A stretch of DNA of 64,000 nt from Bryobacteraceae bacterium. GTDB lineage: Bacteria > Acidobacteriota > Terriglobia > Bryobacterales > Bryobacteraceae. Below the pieces are notes generated by a model that had not been told where the DNA came from, searched no databases, and saw nothing but the letters and a program-made list of their open reading frames with translations. The stretch covers positions 40,416 through 104,415 of the forward strand of contig CAWGVL010000047.1 of assembly GCA_963825845.1 (NCBI GenBank). Reading direction: 5' to 3'. Both the position numbers and the translations under genes were made by a program. This document shows, in pieces, positions 47,767 through 57,737 of the stretch (position 1 is its first letter; every line of letters starts with the position of its first letter).

Positions 47767-50055
47767 TTGAGTCCACAGTTGCCTGTCCACGTACTCGTAA
47801 GACTCATCGCGTTCGGAGTTCTTGTCTGCTTCAGAATACTCGCTGCCGAAGCACCGCAGCCCGAAAAGGCGATTGCGACCGACCCGGGCTGGCCCCGGCA
47901 GTATGGCGACGAAAGCGGGAAGCTACTCATCTATCAGCCGCAGGTTGATAGCTGGGAAGCCTTCCGCCGGATGAAAGCGAGGTTTGCGGTTGCGCTGACA
48001 CCAAAAGGGAGACAAGCGATGTACGGCACCCTAGTGGTGGAAGCGAACACTTCCATTGACATGGATTCGCGCACCGTGGCGCTTTCGGATTTCGCCGTTG
48101 GAGATGTACGCTACTCTTCCGCATTGAGCGAATCTGAAACACAGCGATTGCAGTCATTGACGTTAGCTTTGTTTCCCAAAGTGCCGACTAACGTGTCACT
48201 CGATCGAGTGTTGGCATACATGGACACTACCAAGATCCAAGCACGTAATACTGCGGTATCGCTCGATCCACCCCCGATCCTTGTCAGCATGCAACCGGCA
48301 ATTCTAGTGATCATCGACGGCGAGCCGGTATTCTTGGACATCGAAAACACGAAGCTGCAGAAAGTATTGAATACCAACTGGGACTTGTTCCTAGAAACGA
48401 AGAGTAAAAAATTCTACCTGCGGAACGGCAAATCATGGCTCTCGGCGAAAGAGCTGTCCGGCGCCTGGAAGAATGAGACGAAACTGCCCGATGACTTTCG
48501 CAAACTTCCCGATACCGAAGAATACAAGGAAGTGAAGCAAACAGCCGCGTCCCCGCAGAAGACCGAAACGGTCACGTTGGTAATCGCGGTAAATAAACCG
48601 TCGGAAATTATCGTTATAGCGGGCAAGCCCGTATTGGAGGCGGTGACGGGAACCGAACTGAGTTGGGTCAGCAACACGGATTGCGATCTGTTCTACGCTG
48701 CAGGCGATCATAATTACTATTTCCTTACGTCAGGACGTTGGTTCCGTACCTCTGATCTGCGAGCAGGCAAGTGGGAGGCCGCGACCAACTCCCTTCCGCC
48801 GGACTTCAAGAAGATTCCGACCGGTCACCCGCGCGCCCACGTACTCGCAGCGGTGCCCGGTACGAGGCAGGCCCAAGATGCCGTGCTGATGGCTTCCATC
48901 CCGCAAACGGCGGCAATCGATCGCAAGACAGCGCAAGCGAAGGTGGAGTATGTCGGCGGTGAGCCCAAATTTCAGGCGATCTCCGGCACCAACCTTTCTT
49001 ATGCGACAAACACCCCAAGCGACGTATTGCGAGTCGGCGACTCTTATTATCTTTGCCTGGATGGGGTGTGGTTTGTCGCCTCTTCACCCAAGGGCACGTG
49101 GAGTCTAGCGGACAAGGTTCCCAGTGAGATCTACCAAATTCCTTCTGAGTCTCCAAAACATAATGTCACCTATGTGACCGTACAGCAATCGACGCCTGAA
49201 ACTGTAGTCTACAGCTACACGCCGGGATACACGGGAGTGTACGTTTCATACGGCGTCGCGATGTGGGGTACCGGATATTATTACCCACCATATTACGGAT
49301 GGGGCTACTATCCGTACCCAGTTTACTGGCCATATGGCTACTACACCTATGGCGCGAGCGCCTGGTACAACCCGATGACAGGCGCCTACGCGCGAGGGGG
49401 CGCCGTATATGGTCCGTACGGAGGATACGGGCGCGCAGCCGCTTATAACCCCTCTACTGGACGATACTCATGGGGGCAGACGGCGTGGGGGCCATACGGA
49501 GCGGCGGCTTCGGGAGGCTTCTACAATCCCAATACAGGAGCGTGGGGCGGCAGGGCCGCGGCGTCGAACGGGTATCAAACCTGGGGGAGTAGCGTTGTCG
49601 GACGCGGCAATCAAACGGCGCGAACTGCGTCGTATTCGGACAGCCGGGGCACAGTGGCGGGCATAAAGGGATCAGGCGGAGGCGCGGCAATTGCAGCCCG
49701 AGGTAATCAGGGCCAGGGCTTCGCCGCACGGTCGGCAGCGGGGGACATCTACGCCGGCAGGGACGGTAACGCGTACAAAAGGGACCAGTCGGGACAGTGG
49801 TACAAGAACAACGGCGGATCCTGGGAAGGCATACAGCAGCGCCCGACTCGAGACCAGACCGGCAATGCAGCTCAGTCTCGAAGCGGAGCAGGGTCTGCGG
49901 GAACGTCGCAATCAGTGGAAGCATTAAACCGGGATGCGGCGGCCAGAAGTAGGGGCAACTACAACTCCGGAAGAGCCGCTACGACGAGGTCAACGGGGAG
50001 TTATAGCGGCTCGCGCTATGGAGGCTACGCAGGCCGAGGGGGCAGACGCAGATAA
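47767..50055 (+). CDS. large secreted protein: three ~65-aa internal repeats plus Tyr/Gly/Trp/Pro-rich C-terminal low-complexity region; function unknown
   Basis: TTG start, signal-like VRLIAFGVLVCFRILAAEA. Repeats carry GEPVFLDIENTKLQKVLNTNWDLF..YL..GKSWL...GAWK...LPDDFRKLP and two paralogous copies. The tail has YNPMTG / YNPSTG / YNPNTG units. Confidence 0.6.
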   Translation: MSPQLPVHVLVRLIAFGVLVCFRILAAEAPQPEKAIATDPGWPRQYGDESGKLLIYQPQVDSWEAFRRMKARFAVALTPKGRQAMYGTLVVEANTSIDMDSRTVALSDFAVGDVRYSSALSESETQRLQSLTLALFPKVPTNVSLDRVLAYMDTTKIQARNTAVSLDPPPILVSMQPAILVIIDGEPVFLDIENTKLQKVLNTNWDLFLETKSKKFYLRNGKSWLSAKELSGAWKNETKLPDDFRKLPDTEEYKEVKQTAASPQKTETVTLVIAVNKPSEIIVIAGKPVLEAVTGTELSWVSNTDCDLFYAAGDHNYYFLTSGRWFRTSDLRAGKWEAATNSLPPDFKKIPTGHPRAHVLAAVPGTRQAQDAVLMASIPQTAAIDRKTAQAKVEYVGGEPKFQAISGTNLSYATNTPSDVLRVGDSYYLCLDGVWFVASSPKGTWSLADKVPSEIYQIPSESPKHNVTYVTVQQSTPETVVYSYTPGYTGVYVSYGVAMWGTGYYYPPYYGWGYYPYPVYWPYGYYTYGASAWYNPMTGAYARGGAVYGPYGGYGRAAAYNPSTGRYSWGQTAWGPYGAAASGGFYNPNTGAWGGRAAASNGYQTWGSSVVGRGNQTARTASYSDSRGTVAGIKGSGGGAAIAARGNQGQGFAARSAAGDIYAGRDGNAYKRDQSGQWYKNNGGSWEGIQQRPTRDQTGNAAQSRSGAGSAGTSQSVEALNRDAAARSRGNYNSGRAATTRSTGSYSGSRYGGYAGRGGRRR

Positions 50056-50101
50056 TTCCGGCATCATCCTCTCGCGTAATCGTGTCGAAATGGAGCTGTT
50101 C

Positions 50102-51283
50102 CTAGTGGGGTCTCGAGGCACTCTGCCAGGAACTTCCATGTCCGATTCGTGACATGATGTTCGACCACCCGGAGAGGAGATCGACTGGCCTCCTGATATT
50201 GAACTCGTAACCTCTCCAATACCTCACGGCGGCTGCTATCCAATCGCTGCCGCCCCTCGCAGCCCAGCCAGGATTGTAGCTCAAATAGAAGACAGGACAA
50301 CCTACCTCACCGAGCCCACTCAACATGCGATATTCCAATCTCGAGTGATCTGCTATCTTCGGACTTACAAAGATCAAGGCATCCGAGTGGTCCCGCACAA
50401 CCTGTTCTCCGGCAAGCTGCACCAAGAAGTCAGTGCTTGACCCCTTTTCAGCGAGTTGACTGAGAGCGACCGTACCCGGATAGAAAGAACTAACGGCTTT
50501 GTCAAGAGCAGCCAAATCGATCTGCTTCACGTTATCTTCTTTGAGAATTATCTTGCGGTGCTCAAGATTGAAGCCAATCAATGAGAAGCTGCCAATGCAA
50601 GGCTCTCGAGAGATGCCTTGAAGAATCGATAGGAGTGTCTGTTTCTCTTCCGGCAACAATGCGGCCGCTCCCCTCCGCTGTGAACCTATATGGGCCAGGA
50701 TGGTGACCGCCGGACGCGTTTCCGTCTCGGACACCGATCTTTTCCCAGGAACCAGTTCGTTGGACCCAACTACCGATCCGGCCTCGAGGGCGATCATAGG
50801 GTGCTCTGCTGCCGAAGGGAACCGAACGGAAATCTTCCAGTGAGCTGAGCAAACCCGATCCAGCCCATAACGCATCAGCCAATCTACTTTGTAATTCCCC
50901 GTGCCGACCGTAAACGCCCCGTCGAGAGTGATGGCGCCAGCGGAATCATTCGAGATGGGCGGCAGCTTCCATTGCTGTTTGAAGTAGGTAGGCGGAATCG
51001 TATTGTCATCAGGGGTCACACGGAACATGACATTGAGGATATCGCCGACGTTCGCGAGGTCATGAAGCTGGAGCCGCGCCTGATAACCCGTATGAAAGCC
51101 TAAATCAAAGCCCAATCTCGGCTCGACAGGCTTTACTTCACACGGCAGCGACATTCTTTTTCCCTGAGTATTAAGGACAGCAGCATCAAAGGGAAGCAGC
51201 TGCCCCCCTCCTCCGGGGAACAGGCCGCGCATCGGTACCTGGGCGCGAAGTGCAACTTGAACACAGTAGTACGCAACGTACAA
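50102..51283 (-). CDS. hypothetical protein (C-terminal half has an alternating beta/alpha, VWA-like feel; unverified)
   Basis: 393-aa ORF with good coding character but no signal peptide and no recognisable motif. It may be 5'-truncated, because its start MYVAYYCVQVALRAQ is unconvincing. Confidence 0.4.
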   Translation of the reverse strand: MYVAYYCVQVALRAQVPMRGLFPGGGGQLLPFDAAVLNTQGKRMSLPCEVKPVEPRLGFDLGFHTGYQARLQLHDLANVGDILNVMFRVTPDDNTIPPTYFKQQWKLPPISNDSAGAITLDGAFTVGTGNYKVDWLMRYGLDRVCSAHWKISVRFPSAAEHPMIALEAGSVVGSNELVPGKRSVSETETRPAVTILAHIGSQRRGAAALLPEEKQTLLSILQGISREPCIGSFSLIGFNLEHRKIILKEDNVKQIDLAALDKAVSSFYPGTVALSQLAEKGSSTDFLVQLAGEQVVRDHSDALIFVSPKIADHSRLEYRMLSGLGEVGCPVFYLSYNPGWAARGGSDWIAAAVRYWRGYEFNIRRPVDLLSGWSNIMSRIGHGSSWQSASRPH

Positions 51284-51585
51284 TCGCGGGTACCTTCATA
51301 TTGATTACCCGGCGCAGAGATGTCGCGCCAATGGCTGTCGCTCTAAAGTTTTGCGCGAAACGTGGGATGCGACATTATCGCCAGTCGCCTCAAAATGGAC
51401 CAAATTTGTGGACCTGAATTGCCCCAAATTGGGGCAGTGCTGCCCTCATTTGCGGTCAAGATCAACAACTTTTGTTGAAAACAAAGCAAATTCGACGCCT
51501 AGCTTCGATGGCATCCCGGTTGCCCTTCTTTTCGATGCTTTCTCACAATCTTTATTTGGCTGATTGTGAAATGGAGGGATGTAAC

Positions 51586-52272
51586 ATGCAGGCTACGGCT
51601 GCTGGGTTTGACCAGTGCGATTCCGCGCTCGTGGATATGGCTCGCACTGGGAACAAAGACGCGTTTGGAGAGTTGATACGTCGACATCATCGAAGGTGTG
51701 TAGACTTAGCGACTCTTTTTCTCCGCAATCACGGCGATGCGGAGGATCAGGTGCAGATCGCTTGTTCAAAAGCGTACGTGCGCCTGGATCAGTTTCAGGG
51801 CGAAGCGGAATTTGTTACCTGGCTATCGCGGATCGTCACAAACGAGTGTCTCATGTTCATGCGGGAGAGGCGGCGCGCGCGATTCGTGTACCTGGATGAC
51901 CCGTGGCGACAGCCGGATGCTCCGCGTATGGAACTGCCCGCGTGCGGCCCCGACCCTGAGGGCGAGTTAGCTCTTGACGAGTTGAAACAACTGTTGAGAA
52001 GTGAGATTCGGCGTGTTCCCCCCTTGCTGCGCAATGTAATGGTGCTTCGTGACCTTCAGGGACTGACCATAAAGGACGTAGCGGAGACATTGCAAATTGG
52101 TGTACCAGCGGCGAAATCGCGGCTTTTACGGGCCCGCGCGGAGTTGCGTCTGAGGATCAAGCAGCGGTGCGATGGTGGCGGAAATCTACCGGCGTTGTCG
52201 AGGTCGGCGGCTCCACTCAGGCGTGTGGCGCAGTATCGCTCGATGTGCCCACTTTTGGCAACTGAGACGTAG
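51586..52272 (+). CDS. ECF-type RNA polymerase sigma factor with ~35-aa C-terminal extension
   Basis: ATG 51586 lies 7 nt after GGAGGG. Region 2: FGELIRRHHRRCVDLATLFLRNHGDAEDQVQIACSKAY...FVTWLSRIVTNECLMFMRE. Region 4: RNVMVLRDLQGLTIKDVAETLQIGVPAAKSRLLRARAEL. Confidence 0.8.
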   Translation: MQATAAGFDQCDSALVDMARTGNKDAFGELIRRHHRRCVDLATLFLRNHGDAEDQVQIACSKAYVRLDQFQGEAEFVTWLSRIVTNECLMFMRERRRARFVYLDDPWRQPDAPRMELPACGPDPEGELALDELKQLLRSEIRRVPPLLRNVMVLRDLQGLTIKDVAETLQIGVPAAKSRLLRARAELRLRIKQRCDGGGNLPALSRSAAPLRRVAQYRSMCPLLATET

Positions 52273-52595
52273 AACGGGCGCAATTTCGGGATAATGTACG
52301 CGATGAAACAGGGTCGTACGACAAGCGTTTGTATGTCGGAGTGTGTACCCGTACTTGCAACTGCTCCCTTTTGGGGCACAGCAGGGGGCCACAAAGGTTT
52401 GTTGTGCGCATAAGGCTACCCGCCGATTAAGAGCGTGGACCACAACAGCAGCGTGTATTCGATCTTGCATTCGATGCGACGATTCCAGCGACACGTCAAA
52501 GACGTGATGGATCGTCGCAGCGATTGCTTTGGCCTCCCTTTTATTTCTTTCCCGGTCCTTTCCCGGCTGTCCTGCTAACAGGCCTGATCGCTTAT

Positions 52596-53515
52596 CTAAT
52601 ATGATTTCCCGATCCACGAATACTGCCAAGCGGCGGAGAAGGTCTGGAAACTCCCGCCTATTCTTGTCACCGCTCCGCGGCTGTGGCTGAACTTCAAAGA
52701 GTGGCGCGGACCAAGCGGCGCCGAAACTGTCAAGCCGACGCGGGAGTCCCTATGCTGGTCCTGTTTTCCCATACCGTTGATCGAGGAACGTCCACCCATC
52801 CAGAAATTGCTATCGAACGAGGCCCATAAGCGTGGTTTGATGTAGTAGCCGGCGTGAGCTTCGAAAGCCACTATCGGGTCCTGGGTTCGTTTTGCATCGC
52901 CTGGATAGAAGTTAGTATTTGAGGTAAATAGCCAAACTCCGGTGTAACCTTCCACGATCGACGCGCTGCCATTTGCGCGTAAAGCCAATCTCCGGTTTAA
53001 AAGCCCAGCGATTCGAACCTATGTTGATGATTCGGGCGCGATCGTTCTGGCCGAGAGGGATCACAGTCGTGAGGCTGACCCCGATCAACCGCTTTTCATG
53101 CCACCCCAAAAACTCCTTCGCGCGCATCGCCGGCCCCCCCACAAGATTCATGGAGACACGTATACGCGCATCGGCCAGTCCCGAAGGGCTCACCTTCGCC
53201 TCGATTCCGTTTACAATGCCACTGAAGCTTCCTGTCGCATACGGCATCGAGAGGACCAGGTTTGACGATCGTCCCAAAACTGCTAGATGAGTGGTAGTAA
53301 CTCAGAACCGACGTCTGGAAAGAGCCCTTTGCATCGTCGATAGGAACTGAGGGATCGAATGTGATCTCTCCTTCGTTCCAACTGTGAGAAAATGTGACGG
53401 CGTTGGAACCTATCGGCGTAATAACATACGCGCGTGGAGCGAGATCCTGTGCACGCGCCAGCGTAGCAATCACAAAGGCGATAAGCCACGCCCCATTCTC
53501 GGATCTCACTATCAA
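52596..53515 (-). pseudogene. outer-membrane beta-barrel protein (transporter / MetA-pathway phenol-degradation-like family, tentative), 2 frame breaks
   Basis: Three colinear ORFs in three frames: 53096-53515 (signal AWLIAFVIATLARAQD, then APRAYVITPIGSNAVTFSHSW), 52912-53277 (IINIGSNRWAFKPEIGFT), 52596-52988 (alternating-hydrophobic strands, ending FSAAWQYSW). Confidence 0.5.
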
Positions 53516-54779
53516 GCGAATTCCTGGGGGCGTGATGCAATTCCCGCTTCTTTGGACCTAAGGAATCTTCGGTTTCCACCCTCTCCGCGACCGGTACAGT
53601 GACGGAGTCCTCGCCAATAGTGTGCGTCGCGATGCAGGCTCTGTTTATCGTCCAGGCGTTTACCCGGGGAAGGTTGCTTACCGAATTGTCCGAGGCATAC
53701 CGAAAGTACACACACCGCCGTTCCTGCCGCGGGCCACGATTGCAGCAGCGAGAAATAATCTACATCTATTCCTGGCTGGGCGCATCACGGCGTGCAGTTT
53801 ACATGCCGGTGAAAGCCTAGAGGAAAGAGGAGTGCTTTTCTCGAGAACACTCGAGCGATCCGATTTCCTTACAGGAATCATCTCTGTCCTTTCCTACGCG
53901 GCGCCGTCGCGCACCGCGCGATGCGTCACGAGCCGCTGTTGGTTCTTCGGAAATCTCAGGTTAACGAGCCATTCGGAATGACAATGACCTCGACGACATG
54001 GACGCGACGCCGACACTTTTGTCCGACGGCGGCGGTACAAAGTTCAGTGCCCGCTCAGAAGGCCGCAGCGAACGATGCCTCTCTGCCATCGAACAGCGGA
54101 AGAAGCCAAGCAAAACCTACTACACCAGACTGGGGATGCTGTTAGTAATGAAACCGAAACTCGGATTGAGCCGCCTGCAAGTACTGCTGATCGGCACGTG
54201 TTGCGCCATATGGCCGCAATCCATCTCCGCAGTAACACCCAAGGCGGCCGCTGATGTCATTCCAATACTGGTAAACACATATTTATCAGCTGATATACCA
54301 ATCCCGGCAATAGCGACTAGAAGCACAGCGACGAATACACCCGGCGAATGGCTATTAAGCAGGCCCGTGGCGGTGTTTGGAATGGTGGGCTTGGGGATGA
54401 TTGTTGCCGCCATATCCGTTCGACTTGTTTGCTTGTCGCCGCCGCCGCACGATGCGTCCACCGATCCCTCGCGAGCGCGTCGAACGACGGAAAGACGCAC
54501 CGCGTACGACACCGGTGACAGCCTTGAATCCAGGAGTCTTGGTGTCGTAGACTTTATACCCATTTCCATCATGCGCCGAACGGGTTATACACAACAAAGC
54601 CGGTCTGCTGAATGGCCGCAGAAGGGCGAGCTGAACAGTGGTACTCTATCAGCGGGTTTACGCGGAAACAACGTCTGTGACTGGGAGTATTCAGAGCACT
54701 GCGTTGCATCTTAGCTACGTTGGGTCAAGTTTCGTCTCGCGCCTGCGCCGGGCGATTATGATCAATTCTGCCGTGAGTC

Positions 54780-56481
54780 ATGAGTTCTCTCCTGTTGCAG
54801 GAACGGTTTGCGCACATGAGTAATGCATCACGGCCCGCGAATCCCACAAGTCGTGAGGAGTGCGAGCGGCATAGCTTGAATAGCAAAGGGATTATTCTAG
54901 CCGTTGATGACACATCAGAATCGCTCAGAATCCTGACGGAGATCCTTGTCTCGCAAGGTTATGATGTACGCCCGGCCGATAGCGGCGAGCTAGCACTCGC
55001 TTCGATCGAGGCGACGCAACCTGAACTTATCCTGTTGGATATTCGCATGCCCGGTATGGACGGGTTCGAGGTTTGCCGCCGGCTTAAAGGCAGATCTGAA
55101 AGTCATCGCATCCCCGTGATATTTCTCAGCGGCGTAACCGACACGAAGGATCGTGTCGAAGGATTGAGACTCGGCGCGGTCGACTTCATCTCTAAGCCAT
55201 TCGAGCAAGAAGAACTATTAGCACGCATACGCACTCATCTCGAACTGAGCCGGCTGCGGGCCAGCCTGGAGGAAATGGTCGCGGAGCGGACAGCACATTT
55301 GAATGCTGCGAACCAACGATTGCGGCTGGAACTTGGCGAGCGCCTGCGCGCAGAGTGGGCGTTGCGCGAAAGCGAAGAGCGGTTCCGCAGCATGGCGGAC
55401 AACGCGCCGGTGGTTATCTCGGACGTCCGGGGCAGACGCGAAAGTTAATTTCGTCAACAGATACGCAATGAAGTTTACGGGTCGAGAGTTCGGAGAACTC
55501 ACAGGCGATGGCTGGATGGAGGTCGTGCACCCTGAAGACCTCGCGGTGAAGTATACGGAAGATCTCTCCGCGAACGCGGCTGGCCGCGAGCTGCGTACGG
55601 AGTACCGCGTACGCCGTGCGGACGGCGCTTACCGTTGGATGTTCGATACCGCCACTCCGCGCATTCTAGTGGATGGCTCGTTCGCGGGTTATATCGGCAT
55701 CGTCCTGGACATCAGCGACTGGAAGCAGCATCAGCAGGAACTCCTGGCTACCCAGAAACTCGAGAGCCTGGGTGTGCTTGTTTCGGGTGTGGCCCACAAC
55801 TTCAACAACATCATGGGAGCTATCATTGCCGAAGCGGATCTCGCGCTATCCGAGCTTCCCGAGGGCTCGACGCGTGGCAATGTGGAGCGAATCAGCGCGA
55901 CGGCTATTCGAGCCGCTAATCTCGTTAATTTATTGACGGCGTACTCGGCCAGCGGACCAAGTGGCGCACTCGCACCAGTCAGTGTGTCCAGCGTTGTAGA
56001 GGAGATTCTTCAACTGATCAAGGCGACCGTTTCCCGAAACATCACGTTCTCGATAGATCTTGCCCGAAAACTACCGTCGGTCCGCGCCGATCTTTCTCAG
56101 TTCCGGCAGGTCGTCCTGAACCTGCTAACGAACGCCTGTGAGTCACTCCCAAACCAAGCAGGCTCAGTTTCCGTGAGTACTTCGGGAGTATCGATGGGCG
56201 CCAAAGAGTTGGCGGCAAATCGATTGACCCTGCCGCCAGGAAAGTATGTCAGGCTCTACATCCAGGACAGCGGCTGCGGCATCCCGATTGAACTCCAATC
56301 GAAGATCTTCGATCCTTTCTATACCACGAAATTCCTCGGACGCGGACTCGGATTGGCCGCAGTTCAGGGCATCGTGCGCAGCCTTGGGGGTAGTATTACT
56401 GTTGAAAGCAACCCGGGGCGAGGCTCAGTGTTCGAAGTTCTACTCCCTTGCGTGGAAGCCGTTGACGTGAGCCGCACTTAA
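54780..56481 (+). pseudogene. hybrid signalling protein REC - coiled coil - PAS - HisKA - HATPase; one frame break near 55425
   Basis: ORF 54780-55448 reads ILAVDDTSESL...LILLDIRMPGMDGFEV...FLSG.TD...FISKPF...ESEERFRSMADNAPVVI. ORF 55303-56481 reads WTSGADAKVNFVNRYAMKFTG..., the H-box GVAHNFNNIMGAI, the N-box VVLNLLTNACES, and G-boxes DSGCGI / GRGLGLAAV. Confidence 0.85.
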
Positions 56482-56882
56482 ACTCTGGGGAGGACGCTTT
56501 CAAGTAGTTCAATAAGAAGGGCAAGTCGAAAAGGCTTCTGAATGAAGGAATCAACTTGTAGGCCCTCAAACGAGGGCTCGACCACATCCTGACTGAATGC
56601 ACTAGTGAGTACTACCATAATCCCGGGTCTGATGCGGCGAGCCTCCTTGAGGACGTCGTGGCTCGGTAATCCAGGCAGAGTAACATCCAGCATGAGAAGC
56701 GTGAGACGCTCTCCGTGAACGCGTAGCTGATCCACCGCGGCGGTACCATCTGAGGCGGCCAGTACCTCGAATCCTTTCTTTTGCAGTATCTTCGCTACTG
56801 CGTTCCGAAGCGTCTCTTCGTCTTCGACGAGCAGGATAGCGACCCGCTGCTCGTGCCCGTCAGTGCAATTAACCGAGGTCAT
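56478..56882 (-). CDS. single-domain response regulator (receiver only)
   Basis: Start taken at MTSVNCTDGHEQR. VAILLVEDEETLRNAV...LLMLDVTLPG...VVLTSA...FIQKPF. Its 3' end overlaps the convergent kinase stop by 4 nt. Confidence 0.75.
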   Translation of the reverse strand: MTSVNCTDGHEQRVAILLVEDEETLRNAVAKILQKKGFEVLAASDGTAAVDQLRVHGERLTLLMLDVTLPGLPSHDVLKEARRIRPGIMVVLTSAFSQDVVEPSFEGLQVDSFIQKPFRLALLIELLESVLPRV

Positions 56883-57381
56883 ACGAGCCTCAGACGGAGA
56901 TTCGACGCCAGGCCAGAAATGTTGGGATGCGGAAACCCTGGCGTGTGTGCTGGTGTTGCGGTCGGTGTCACGATGTTTTGCAACGTTCGACGACGGTTGC
57001 CCTCTCGTCTGACCAGGTAGCTGCATAACTATCGGTATGGATGCTGGGGATCTACGCCCCCGGCGAGCTTCCTCAACGATTCCGGACTGGCAGAACTAAT
57101 ATTGCTGTGAACCGATATACCGCGCTTTGCAAAGTTAACGTGCGAAGGTCCATCAACGCTGCCACTACATAGACGCAGAGGGCCTCGGGAAATTCCGTGT
57201 TCACACGGATTTTCTCGACATCGTCGATTTCTGCGTTACAACTAACAATCGGGTTACTGACATAGATTGTTTGCACCGCTTCTCTCAACTCGTGTTGAAT
57301 GACTCCAAAAACTAAGCCGAGCAATTTCGCTGGAGCATCCCATATCGGGCTTACGGGCAAGTATCATGGGTATGAAGTACT

Positions 57382-57732
57382 ATGGGGAAATTACTCTTTG
57401 CAGTTTCAATAATGGTGATCGGCCTTGCCGGCTCGGCTCTTGCTCATGCAGTTCTCGTCGCCGCAGTACCGCCCGTTCGCGGATCCGTTTCCGGTCCAGA
57501 AGTTGTGTTCCGCCTCCAGTTCAACTCCCGGATCGACGCAGCACGTTCAACTTTGAAGCTGGTTTTGCCCGACACGAAGATCCTTTCTCTCCCCATGGGA
57601 CCCCAACCTTCACCAGACAGCCTAACTGCGCGATCGACGGATTTGAAACCCGGAAGTTACACGCTACTCTGGCAGGTGCTCGCGACAGACGGGCACATCA
57701 CGCGGGGTGAAGTGCCGTTCGCGGTCCGGTAG
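57382..57732 (+). CDS. copC: copper resistance protein CopC (periplasmic copper-binding)
   Basis: Signal MGKLLFAVSIMVIGLAGSALA, then the mature N-terminus HAVLV. ...YTLLWQVLATDGHITRGEVPFAV is the typical CopC C-terminus. 116 aa. Confidence 0.8.
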   Translation: MGKLLFAVSIMVIGLAGSALAHAVLVAAVPPVRGSVSGPEVVFRLQFNSRIDAARSTLKLVLPDTKILSLPMGPQPSPDSLTARSTDLKPGSYTLLWQVLATDGHITRGEVPFAVR

Positions 57733-57737
57733 GAAAC

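Noticed and set aside
57073-57360. A 95-aa minus-strand ORF between the response regulator and copC.
   Set aside because: There is no ribosome-binding site or family signature. The H-E-L-R string is not in a HisKA context. Composition differs from neighbouring genes. It is mentioned only as unsupported.
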